Program-made: the position numbers and the translations under genes
Shown here: positions 10,040 through 18,350 of the stretch, piece by piece
Layout of the letters: every line of letters begins with the position of its first letter
How positions within the stretch are numbered: the stretch's first letter is position 1
Notes under the pieces: generated by a model
Databases searched by the model: none
Told to the model about the DNA's origin: nothing
Seen by the model: only the letters and a program-made list of their open reading frames with translations
Assembly: GCA_963833575.1 (NCBI GenBank)
Contig: CAWHXY010000007.1
Location: forward strand, 1 to 64,000
Reading direction: 5' to 3'
Length of the DNA: 64,000 nt
Origin: Candidatus Bathyarchaeota archaeon
GTDB lineage: Archaea > Thermoproteota > Bathyarchaeia > Bathyarchaeales > Bathycorpusculaceae

Positions 10040-10070
10040 AGAGGGGATACCCACACCCATGGGAAAAGGT
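10040..10070 (-). repeat. Junction motif B, inverted copy
   Basis: Reverse complement reads accttttcccatgggtgtgggtatcccctct. Confidence 0.7.
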
Positions 10071-10123
10071 ATCTATTGGCTTAGAAGTAACTTCTAAAAT
10101 AAGATATAGTGAAAATAGCCCTA

Positions 10124-10178
10124 TGTAGACTTTTGAGAAAATAACTATCAGAACGTTTAGTCCAGTTTTCAGGACAAC
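10124..10178 (+). repeat. Junction motif C, copy 1
   Basis: tgtagacttttgagaaaataactatcagaacgtttagtccagttttcaggacaac; close match to 13165-13216. Confidence 0.8.
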
Positions 10179-10259
10179 TTGTTAAAGAATGTTCTATAAT
10201 GTAGCATTAAATATCGGCTAAGAGAATGTTTTCTAGTCTAAGTTGGGGAAGTTTAAACA

Positions 10260-10808
10260 ATGAAACGTAGATACCAGTACATAATTTCAACTATTCTAAT
10301 TGTGATAGTTATTGTAGGTTTAGTGGTATATTTCGATTACAACCAAACAAGTAAAACTCCAGCAAGTACACCGCCACTTCTGTATACTTCCAGCTTTTCT
10401 CCTCAAATCATTAATGCTTCGCAAGGGACTATACAACAGGTTAACCTGACTATTACATCACTTTGTTCTACAAAAATAGCAATCCCCATAGAAAACCTCA
10501 CGATTAATGGCTACACAATCGGCATAAGTTACAACGTTAATGCAAGTTCACCTTGGAGCACATCTGTTCAAGAAAGAGTTTTCAATTATTCTTTTAGCCT
10601 CAATCAATTAATTCTGCAACCATTTAAGTCTAACTCGACTTTGATTACAATCCACTTGACGGATAGTTTCTTGCAGCAACCAACTACATTGGGAAGTTAT
10701 TCTTTAGAGATCAATTTAGGTAAAATTATCTTCCTGTCTGAACCTGAAAAATATGATGTATCATATTCAGGGAGTACTTCCTTAGTAATGGTAGTTACTC
10801 CATCTTAG
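10260..10808 (+). CDS. Membrane-anchored secreted protein (Ig-like beta-sandwich)
   Basis: Basic N-terminus + TM helix, then S/T/N-rich beta domain. Confidence 0.75.
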   Translation: MKRRYQYIISTILIVIVIVGLVVYFDYNQTSKTPASTPPLLYTSSFSPQIINASQGTIQQVNLTITSLCSTKIAIPIENLTINGYTIGISYNVNASSPWSTSVQERVFNYSFSLNQLILQPFKSNSTLITIHLTDSFLQQPTTLGSYSLEINLGKIIFLSEPEKYDVSYSGSTSLVMVVTPS

Positions 10809-10869
10809 ATTAAAGTTGGTTAGTACCTGACTGCTCATAATAACAATCGAAAACGGAGGAACCCTCAAG

Positions 10870-11301
10870 TTGAAAAATAAAAAAATCATAGCAGTTTTTT
10901 TAGTAGTTACTGTTTTTATTGGAGCTATTTTTGGCTATGAATTCTTAGCTAATTCGCTTTCAGGCTATACCAAACTTTCTCTTAGGTCTGCTCAAACCTA
11001 TTCTGTAAAATTTGGCAGTACCACTTATTACATAACCTACTTTTATAGTTACGTTCATAATGGAATCTCCTCATCAAGACCTGTTTTTCAGGTCACAACG
11101 GTCATTAATAACTCAATCGAAAGTTTCGAAGCACGTCAAGGACTTAGATGCAGTTTCTCAGTGCTTCAAATGGTGGTGGGCGATGTAAACTCCAACCAAA
11201 TGATTTTATATGTATCGTCTACCGTTTCAAACTCTAAGCCAATAATTTCTCCATCTACAGTACTAACTGCTCCACTTCCATCTCCAATACAAATTTACTA
11301 A
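10870..11301 (+). CDS. Secreted/membrane-anchored hypothetical protein
   Basis: TTG start after GGAGG; signal anchor. Confidence 0.7.
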   Translation: MKNKKIIAVFLVVTVFIGAIFGYEFLANSLSGYTKLSLRSAQTYSVKFGSTTYYITYFYSYVHNGISSSRPVFQVTTVINNSIESFEARQGLRCSFSVLQMVVGDVNSNQMILYVSSTVSNSKPIISPSTVLTAPLPSPIQIY

Positions 11302-11331
11302 CGTGTTGGAGGAAATGATTTTTTTGGATTC

Positions 11332-11356
11332 AGGCATCGAAAAACCGCTAACTTGA
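11332..11356 (+). repeat. Junction motif A (non-coding copy)
   Basis: aggcatcgaaaaaccgctaacttga, 30 bp after the stop at 11301. Confidence 0.8.
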
Positions 11357-11451
11357 ATCAGCAAAAAGTAAGGGGCAAAAAATTAGATAGAGTAATTATA
11401 ACAAAATTTATAACTAAATGGTCAGGCATTAATTCATAATTAGGAATTAAA

Positions 11452-11691
11452 ATGATGAGCGACAGACATTTGCGATTCATCAGTTACGGTTTTATTATTT
11501 TAGGGATTATTATGCTGGTATTGGGAATCATCATATCTGGAAATTTGTTTTTGAATAAAAATTCGCCTAATAGTTACTTGCCAGTTCTTACGGAAGCTAA
11601 TTTTCTTTACTTTGTTATTCCTTTTGTAGGACTGTCATTAGTCTTTTTTGTAATAGGTAGTATAGCCGCTTATATTGGCAAAAAAAGTTGA
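11452..11691 (+). CDS. Small membrane protein (2 TM)
   Basis: Two hydrophobic helices. Confidence 0.65.
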   Translation: MMSDRHLRFISYGFIILGIIMLVLGIIISGNLFLNKNSPNSYLPVLTEANFLYFVIPFVGLSLVFFVIGSIAAYIGKKS

Positions 11692-11699
11692 AAGAACTT

Positions 11700-11757
11700 G
11701 CATCGAAAAAAACGCTAACTTGAAGCAATTACCTTTTCCCACGGGTAGGTGTTCCAC
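11700..11757 (+). repeat. Junction motif A+B (non-coding copy)
   Basis: gcatcgaaaaaaacgctaacttgaagcaattaccttttcccacgggtaggtgttccac, 8 bp after the stop at 11691. Confidence 0.8.
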
Positions 11758-11833
11758 AGTATGACCGCTAATCTTTTAAGCAAAATCAAAACAAATACAA
11801 AGCGTTGAAGTGATTTGAAAGGAAACAGAAGAA

Positions 11834-12022
11834 TTGGTATTGGTTTATAGGATTTTTGGTCTTATTTTATCAGTTTGGAGTTGGATTATTCCTCTTCCAC
11901 CCTTCGACATCATTAGTAAATTTTTCTTGTTTATTGTTGGGTTTCTATTAATTGTAGTTGCATTTACATTAAATCATATTCAAACAAATAAAAACAAAAT
12001 TGATAAGCAACTAATTAGATGA
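11834..12022 (+). CDS. Small membrane protein
   Basis: 62 aa, two hydrophobic segments. Confidence 0.5.
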   Translation: MVLVYRIFGLILSVWSWIIPLPPFDIISKFFLFIVGFLLIVVAFTLNHIQTNKNKIDKQLIR

Positions 12023-12070
12023 AAAACAAACGAAGAAGCAAAAAGAACCTTTTTTTGAATAAACACATAA

Positions 12071-12104
12071 GATCTTTTCCAGCGATGTGGCGTATTCACC
12101 CTCT
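12071..12104 (+). repeat. Junction motif B (degenerate)
   Basis: gatcttttccagcgatgtggcgtattcaccctct. Confidence 0.55.
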
Positions 12105-12145
12105 AAAATTCCAAGTAATTTAAAAAACATGAAAGAAGAAGTAGT

Positions 12146-13111
12146 TTAAGGAACTAATGCTCTAGCATTTAAAGTTATATTGCTTTCCAATTTAAGTAAA
12201 GTCAACTGGATTAAACTACTTTCATGCATACTGATTGATAGGTTGACATAGAATTCAAGGGGTTTGCTTAAATCTGGGTTCGTGGGCGAAAATATTAATT
12301 CTTGGTAGAATTCCCCTTGATTTGAAACATTGTTATTTGATATAATAGTAACATCATTTCCGTTTGGATACGGATTGCTGTATACATCAGCAATTTCTGA
12401 ATTCGACTTAGCATTTGGTTTTAAGTAGAAATCTGTTACGTAAGTAAATTGATTACTAACAGAAGATGAAAATGTAGCCTTAACTGAATCTATTCTAAAG
12501 TTTTGCCCTTGGGTAACTTCAAACAAAATCGGAATTTCAGAAGAGTTTACATAAGGTGGTCCCACAATCATCGTAATTTGACCTACAGTTCTTCCTGAAA
12601 AATCAATATCATTAATTGTCTGGTAAGCGATTCCATTTTGAAAGTAATCTGGACCTTTTGTCGCAATGTTTTGTAACTCAAGATTTTGTGTAAATATGAA
12701 ATGTGAAGATGAAAATAATACTATTATTGAACTTACAAGTACTATGGCTATAAAAATCAATGAAACAGATTTTAAGCCTAACTTATCGCCAAAGAAACCT
12801 CTATGCGATTTTTTCAATACATCGTTTTTTGATGACACCTTCTCAACTGTTTGAACTGTTAGCAAGGCTTCTTTTCCTTCATCAGATAGGCAATATTTCC
12901 CGTATTCATCGTTTTTTATCAAGCCGTTTAATTTGTTTAAGTGGTGTTGTAGGTGTCCACTACTCTCAATCGTTGTCTTTTTCTTCAAATCCGCAAACCC
13001 AAGAGACCCTTCGCTTAGAACTTTAAGGATTAGTATGCGTGTTGGATGTCCAAGGGCATCAAAGACTTCTGCCTTTTGTCTGTCATGCTCAATCTGACTC
13101 TGGTCTTCCAT
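12146..13111 (-). CDS. ArsR-family wHTH + TM + extracellular domain (membrane-tethered regulator)
   Basis: EVFDALGHPTRILIL...SSGHLQHHLNKL wHTH, one TM helix, beta-rich C-terminal domain. Confidence 0.8.
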   Translation of the reverse strand: MEDQSQIEHDRQKAEVFDALGHPTRILILKVLSEGSLGFADLKKKTTIESSGHLQHHLNKLNGLIKNDEYGKYCLSDEGKEALLTVQTVEKVSSKNDVLKKSHRGFFGDKLGLKSVSLIFIAIVLVSSIIVLFSSSHFIFTQNLELQNIATKGPDYFQNGIAYQTINDIDFSGRTVGQITMIVGPPYVNSSEIPILFEVTQGQNFRIDSVKATFSSSVSNQFTYVTDFYLKPNAKSNSEIADVYSNPYPNGNDVTIISNNNVSNQGEFYQELIFSPTNPDLSKPLEFYVNLSISMHESSLIQLTLLKLESNITLNARALVP

Positions 13112-13164
13112 GTTTGCCTTTGCCTCAAAGCTAGCATGCACATAAGCATATTTAATCCCTCTTT

Positions 13165-13216
13165 TGTAGACTGAAAAAATAACTCTTAGAACGCTTAGTC
13201 CAGTTTTCTGGACAGC
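13165..13216 (+). repeat. Junction motif C, copy 2 (followed by motif D at 13218-13249)
   Basis: tgtagactgaaaaaataactcttagaacgcttagtccagttttctggacagc; perfect inverted repeat gtccag-tttt-ctggac. Confidence 0.8.
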
Positions 13217-13274
13217 CCTTAGTCAAGAAATCTTTACGAATAACCTTTTATTTAAAAACGAATATCTCTTAATT

Positions 13275-14480
13275 ATGAGCAAAAGTCTAGTCCTGCTATT
13301 AATCGCCTTGTTGTGTGCATCTATACTACTCATAGCAGTTAGACCTTCATATGGTGATGTTACAACCAACTCTTGGGTGACTAGAGCACCGATGCCAACA
13401 GCAAGAAGTGACTTGGGAACAGCAGTTGTTGATAACAAAATTTATGCTATAGGTGGTTTGGTTCTTTTTTCCCAAGACCAAGAACAAACACAAAGCAAAG
13501 AAGTTGGTGTAAATGAAGTTTATGACCCAACAAATAATTCATGGACAGAAAGGTCATCTATGCCTATCCCAAGTAGCGATTTTGCAACTGCTGTTTATCA
13601 GGGCAAAATATACTGTATCGGTGGTGGAGTAACCAACGTCTTTAATGAATCAAATCAAACTTGGGAATCAAAAACTAGTGAGGGATTTAACCAAGTTTAT
13701 GACCCATCGATAGATAAGTGGGAAAATAAAACTGCTATGCTTATACCAGAAATTAGCTCTCAAGCAAATGTACTCAATGGAAAAATATACCTTCTTGGTG
13801 GATACCCCAATGCATCTATTGTTGAAATGTATAATCCAGCAAGTGATAACTGGACGATTATGACACCTATTCCCGTTGGGTTCAATGGTGCGTCAGTAGT
13901 CTACGATAATAAACTCTACGCTATAGGTAGCATGAATTGGAATCAACCGCAAACAATAGTGTATGGCCCACAAAATAATTCTTGGAGTATTGAGTGGAAA
14001 TCGTCTGATTTCATAGGTCAATCGATAGCCGTTGCCACCTCAGGAACATATGCACCTCAAAAAATCTATGTATTAACTATTCCGATAGGTTCGCCAACCA
14101 ATACGGTGATTAAGAACAAAGTTTTTGACCCAACCAACCAAAATTGGGCAGAAGGTTCGGCAGTCCCAACTACAAGAGGTAGAGGTTATTCCATTGTTAT
14201 TGATAACGACTTGATTTATGTAATTGGCGGTTATTCGTCTTCCTCTTCAAGTTACTATCAAAATCCAAGTATTACATATTTGGCAACAGTTGAAGAATAT
14301 ATTCCATATGGATTCAGCACAGTTCCTATTTCGCCCTCTCCATCTCCTTCCCTTCCAGAGTTATCTTGGTTTGTAATCCTGCCTTTGCTTCTATCTGTAT
14401 TCGCTGTTGCTGTAGTTCTAAGGCATAGAAAAATCAGTAACTTGAGTAAAGATAAAAATCGCTTAGTTAAGGAATGTTAA
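13275..14480 (+). CDS. Kelch-repeat beta-propeller surface protein with C-terminal PE(L/F)-TM-basic anchor
   Basis: Signal peptide; repeats KIYAIGG...EVYDP..NSW, MPTARS; tail SPSPSLPELSW-TM-RHRK. Confidence 0.88.
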   Translation: MSKSLVLLLIALLCASILLIAVRPSYGDVTTNSWVTRAPMPTARSDLGTAVVDNKIYAIGGLVLFSQDQEQTQSKEVGVNEVYDPTNNSWTERSSMPIPSSDFATAVYQGKIYCIGGGVTNVFNESNQTWESKTSEGFNQVYDPSIDKWENKTAMLIPEISSQANVLNGKIYLLGGYPNASIVEMYNPASDNWTIMTPIPVGFNGASVVYDNKLYAIGSMNWNQPQTIVYGPQNNSWSIEWKSSDFIGQSIAVATSGTYAPQKIYVLTIPIGSPTNTVIKNKVFDPTNQNWAEGSAVPTTRGRGYSIVIDNDLIYVIGGYSSSSSSYYQNPSITYLATVEEYIPYGFSTVPISPSPSPSLPELSWFVILPLLLSVFAVAVVLRHRKISNLSKDKNRLVKEC

Positions 14481-14495
14481 CGAATTCCCTTATAT
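14421..14495 (+). repeat. Junction motif A (in frame, RHRK) + motif D
   Basis: aggcatagaaaaatcagtaacttga then cttagttaaggaatgttaacgaattcccttatat. Confidence 0.65.
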
Positions 14496-14527
14496 CGCTC
14501 CTTTTGTATCAACAACATATTGAAGGG

Positions 14528-15454
14528 ATGATTGGAATGCACAAACGTTTGGTAATAGCAATTATTTTTGTCCTCTTTCTATCATTAGTTCTGGTTAGCA
14601 TTCCAGTCAAAGCACAAACAACAAACAGTATAGTGATAAATCCCGATGGGTCAGTTACTGGAACATATAGTATTCAGCAAGTTGGCAACACCTATACTTT
14701 TATTTCAAATATCTCAGGTAGTGTCCAAGTCAGTAAAAGTGGGATTACAATTGACGGGTCAGGTTACTGCCTAAATGGTGGAATAGATCTAACAAACGGT
14801 ATAGGAGCAAACTTGCCAAGCTCAACTAGACCAGAAATAACCGATGTAACAGTCGAGAACTTGTTTTTAAATGGTGGAATTGGAACTAATGGTGGTGGAA
14901 ACGACACTTTCTACAACGATTATTTCTTGGGGGGTAACGTTGAATATGGTAGTGCTGCCATTTTTCTTCTTGGCTGTAGCTACAATAACATATCATACTG
15001 TAACTTTGCTAACGGGTCACAAATTAGCATGGATTATTCCGCAGCTTTCAATACAGTAACTGAATGTAATCTTCCATCGTATGGAGTTTTGGTTTGGCTG
15101 AGTGGATACGAAACTGTCGATAGAAACTATTGGGTTGACTATTCAACTAAGAACCCAAATGTGTCAGAAGTTGACCATACAGGGGTAGGCAACCAACCAT
15201 ATGTTTACTATTCAACCCAAGATACAAGCCCTAATGGAACAATAATACCAACAATCTATCAGGACAGTCACCCATTAATGAAACCAGTAACAATTCCGTT
15301 GATTGGTTTAACACCAACCCCAACGCCATATCTACCACCAAGAAACCCACCACATTTAGACCCAATAGTCTACTTGATACCTGTTAGTGTATTGGCTGTC
15401 GTTATTGTGCTGTCTGTTTTGCTTTCTATAAGGCATCGAAAAACCACTAAATAA
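14528..15454 (+). CDS. Parallel beta-helix (NosD/pectin-lyase-like) surface protein with C-terminal TM
   Basis: IVINPDGSV, ITIDGSGY, RNYWVDY, GVGNQPY, DSHPLMKP motifs; TM + RHRK tail. Confidence 0.78.
   Translation: MIGMHKRLVIAIIFVLFLSLVLVSIPVKAQTTNSIVINPDGSVTGTYSIQQVGNTYTFISNISGSVQVSKSGITIDGSGYCLNGGIDLTNGIGANLPSSTRPEITDVTVENLFLNGGIGTNGGGNDTFYNDYFLGGNVEYGSAAIFLLGCSYNNISYCNFANGSQISMDYSAAFNTVTECNLPSYGVLVWLSGYETVDRNYWVDYSTKNPNVSEVDHTGVGNQPYVYYSTQDTSPNGTIIPTIYQDSHPLMKPVTIPLIGLTPTPTPYLPPRNPPHLDPIVYLIPVSVLAVVIVLSVLLSIRHRKTTK
15431..15450 (+). repeat. Junction motif A (in frame)
   Basis: aggcatcgaaaaaccactaa. Confidence 0.75.
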
Positions 15455-15574
15455 TGATTTGAACTTTGACTAACCACAGTAAAAGTTAACTTTAATGAAT
15501 AGTCTTTTATCGCTATGTCATTTAATAGTTATATATATTATCAATAAGTACAAGTCTGCTGGAGAGAAATAGGA

Positions 15575-16060
15575 TTGAAGTTACCTACTGTTGTCCTGTT
15601 AGCTATAATCCTTCTATCTTCTTCCTTCGTTTATGAGGTCAAAGCGAATAACACTAGCATAGATGTTAACGCTTTACCGTCAGTTAACGCTAATTCACCA
15701 TTAATTGAAAACTTAACTGCACAATGGAGTATTGAAAGTCCAACACAGCTAAGAATCCATTACTATACATCTCCTGGCCAGTTAACAAAAGCTTATAGTT
15801 TAGACAATCAAACAAGCATACAAGTGACAAGTAACTTTACCCTAACCAACCTATCCATTGGAAAACATAACCTTATCATCTACTTATCAGACCACTCAGG
15901 AAATATTAGACAACAAGATTTCACAATAGAAATGCCTGAACCAATAGTTTATTATGGTGCTGCATTTTACATGGCACCCGCTTTTGCCATTGCATGTGTG
16001 CTAATATTGGTACTTATGTTGTTTAGAAGGCATCGAAAAACCGCCAACTCCAAACAATGA
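15575..16060 (+). CDS. Secreted Ig-like protein with C-terminal TM anchor
   Basis: Signal peptide; YSLDNQ...NFTLTNLSIGKHNLIIY..D..GN; TM + RRHRKTAN. Confidence 0.75.
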   Translation: MKLPTVVLLAIILLSSSFVYEVKANNTSIDVNALPSVNANSPLIENLTAQWSIESPTQLRIHYYTSPGQLTKAYSLDNQTSIQVTSNFTLTNLSIGKHNLIIYLSDHSGNIRQQDFTIEMPEPIVYYGAAFYMAPAFAIACVLILVLMLFRRHRKTANSKQ

Positions 16061-16070
16061 CCTTTTCCCA
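16028..16070 (+). repeat. Junction motif A+B (in frame, includes stop codon)
   Basis: aggcatcgaaaaaccgccaactccaaacaatgaccttttccca. Confidence 0.8.
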
Positions 16071-16120
16071 AGCGAAGTTTCTTTTTTTTGCTTTTAATTA
16101 TTTAATTTAATATTTTGATA

Positions 16121-16180
16121 TTTCACTTTCACTTAGCCCCCCACTGCTCCATAAAGTAGTTTGACCCCTTGACTTATATG
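16121..16180 (+). promoter_or_regulatory. TTTCACTTTCA element plus TATA box upstream of 16259
   Basis: Exact tttcactttca at 16121-16131; TATA-like ttatat at about 16174. Confidence 0.4.
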
Positions 16181-16258
16181 CGGTTTGAGCTGATGCTGTG
16201 CCCACGTGATTTCCTATGAAACAGAATTCAGATAGACGGTTTGGAGGTTTAGCAGGGT

Positions 16259-16537
16259 ATGGGTAAGACTGTTGAATCTTTCAGGATGGCTCTGGAGGGA
16301 GAGATTAACCGGTGGAGCAGCTTCGCTAGAGCCTTGCGCAAGCCTGACAGAGAAGCTTTTGATGGGCTGATGGATATGTGCAGAACGTATGCTTCAGAAA
16401 GTAGCTGCGCAACTAACCCAATAATTTTCGAGCCCATGGTGATAAGCATCCTATTAGCGCAGCAGGTTAGGATACTGAAGCTTGAACGCGAACTAAAAGA
16501 TGCATCGCAGAAAAGCGGAGAGTTAACCCATGGTTAA
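16259..16537 (+). CDS. Small alpha-helical protein of the family usually encoded with PolB2 (arCOG07300-like)
   Basis: MGKTVESFRMALE...W..F.RALRK.DREAFD.L...NP...ISILLAQ matches the recalled family pattern MGRT.P.YR..L...W..FRRALR. Confidence 0.7.
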   Translation: MGKTVESFRMALEGEINRWSSFARALRKPDREAFDGLMDMCRTYASESSCATNPIIFEPMVISILLAQQVRILKLERELKDASQKSGELTHG

Positions 16538-16808
16538 GTTTACAGAAAGTAACTTTCTAGATATGCTAGATGATTTGGAAGAACCAGCTATAATGAAAAT
16601 CTACACTCATATAATTAGGCCGAAATACAAAAGACAAACTCCTTACGCTTATCCTAAGCATTTGGTACCGGTGAGTGCAAAGTATAATGAACGGATAGTC
16701 GAGTTTTTGGGGAGGCCTTTGGAGGAAAAAATCTACATTTTGGGCAAGACAATGCTCTTAATGCTCACCCAACAAGAAGGCGAGGCACCCCAAAATGGCA
16801 ATAAATAA
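16530..16808 (+). CDS. Hypothetical protein
   Basis: Overlaps the upstream stop; SD-like GGAG. Confidence 0.55.
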   Translation: MVKFTESNFLDMLDDLEEPAIMKIYTHIIRPKYKRQTPYAYPKHLVPVSAKYNERIVEFLGRPLEEKIYILGKTMLLMLTQQEGEAPQNGNK

Positions 16809-17252
16809 CGTCGACCAAGCAAAGATTGTAAGGAAAAATTGCTGGCGCTCCTTGATAAGAAGCCTAAGATCTACAAAGATGCTGTCAAATGGACATTAGC
16901 AGGCTGGTCCGGGATTTTTCAAAAAATTTGATTGTGTCTTTGCTCCCGAAAGCTGCCCCCATGTTAGTACTTGTTCCGTAAATCACTAAAAAATTGTTAG
17001 GGCAAAAATTTCTTTTCCAAAAAAAACACCCCTTAAAAACTCCCTCCATTTCCTCCTAAACAGTTGTTAACCCAACTGTTTTTGCTAGAAATTCAGCAAT
17101 TTTTGTCAGGTTAGCGCTTGAGCTACATTTTGCCCCAGACGTTTTTTTGGAAAGAAAGATTTTACCTCGGGCTTAGCAGGAGTTTTTGTTCGGGTTAGTG
17201 TGATAAGCTTGCTCTTCTTTGGTGCTCCTTTACGACTGGGGGCATTGCCTAA

Positions 17253-17639
17253 GTGGCGAAGAGTACAAGCGGTGGCATAAAGCTTGAGGTGTTTAGTGGC
17301 AAACAGGCTAAACTCAACCGCATTATATTTCTTGTTCTTCTCTGCAAAGGTGTGCTTACCAGTTATGAGACCTACAAGGAAATCAGGTCAATCAAGGGTT
17401 TTAGGCATGTGAATCGGCAAAATGTTGACAGAAGGATGAGAGCGCTCCATGAAGAAGGCTATTTAGAAGTGACGGGAACCAAACCTGCAAAAGCCCATTT
17501 TCAGCAGCCACTTTATAAATTGAGCGATTATGCGGAAGCAGCCTTAGAACTGAGCAAAAAAAACTGGAACGTAACACTCAAGAAGTCACCAAAAGAGGCA
17601 CTCAGAGAGCTGATTGATCTCCTCAGATTGTTGCCTTAA
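17253..17639 (+). CDS. Winged-helix DNA-binding protein
   Basis: LTSYETYKEI...NVDRRMRALHEEGYLEV...YKLS wHTH pattern. Confidence 0.7.
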   Translation: MAKSTSGGIKLEVFSGKQAKLNRIIFLVLLCKGVLTSYETYKEIRSIKGFRHVNRQNVDRRMRALHEEGYLEVTGTKPAKAHFQQPLYKLSDYAEAALELSKKNWNVTLKKSPKEALRELIDLLRLLP

Positions 17640-17693
17640 GCGGATATGTAACTTTGTGAGGCTCGCAAAGGGATGATCCCTTTGTGACGATAG

Positions 17694-17981
17694 ATGGTTC
17701 TTATGTTCAGCCTGCAAGACAGTGCAGGTGACAACAACTTGGTAAATTTAATTGATGATTGGGACGTTCTTGAGGAGTATGCTGGGGAAAAGCTTGGTTT
17801 CTATCAGTTGCTCGCAAGTGACGGAATGTTTGAAATTCGTGTTATGACTGGAAAAGTGGGTTTCAAAAAAGAGTATGCGTCAGCTGAGGATCCGGAGCTG
17901 ACCAAGGTTCTTGAGTTCTGCAGAAAACGTCGCTATATCAGAGTTAGCCAGAAACTTCGAGATGAAGAATTTTTCAGATAA
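17694..17981 (+). CDS. Hypothetical protein
   Basis: Co-oriented ORF with plausible composition. Confidence 0.6.
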   Translation: MVLMFSLQDSAGDNNLVNLIDDWDVLEEYAGEKLGFYQLLASDGMFEIRVMTGKVGFKKEYASAEDPELTKVLEFCRKRRYIRVSQKLRDEEFFR

Positions 17982-17997
17982 TCCGGAAGATGAACCC

Positions 17998-18333
17998 ATG
18001 AGCTGCACTCTTGAAGAACCCAAAACAAAACCTTCGGCTGAAAAGGGACCATATAAGAAACGTCAAAAACCCTGTCTCATATGCGGTAAACCGTCTGCAG
18101 GAGTCACAAGCTATGTCTTCCAGGTTGACGGCACAAATAAGATTGGAGTGCCCTTTTGCCAGTTGCACTTAGATCATCAAGCGGTTTTTGCTTCGCCGGT
18201 GTTTGAAAACCAAGACGCATTGTGGCGGTTCATGAAGGAACACAGTGGGCTCTTTAAGCGCTGTGTTCATGGCAAAATAATTTTGTTTCTTTATCCGCCA
18301 AAAATCGAAACGGTCAGCATAGATTTGAAATAG
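17998..18333 (+). CDS. Putative Zn-binding protein
   Basis: CLICGK...FCQLH motif; start re-assigned to MSCTLEE. Confidence 0.55.
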   Translation: MSCTLEEPKTKPSAEKGPYKKRQKPCLICGKPSAGVTSYVFQVDGTNKIGVPFCQLHLDHQAVFASPVFENQDALWRFMKEHSGLFKRCVHGKIILFLYPPKIETVSIDLK

Positions 18334-18350
18334 GTGAGGGGTGGGAGGGA

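Noticed and set aside
7773-16070. Classical integron (attC array) or CRISPR array
   Set aside because: No RYYYAAC/GTTRRRY-bounded long hairpins; spacing is gene-sized and irregular; repeats are degenerate; no cas genes.
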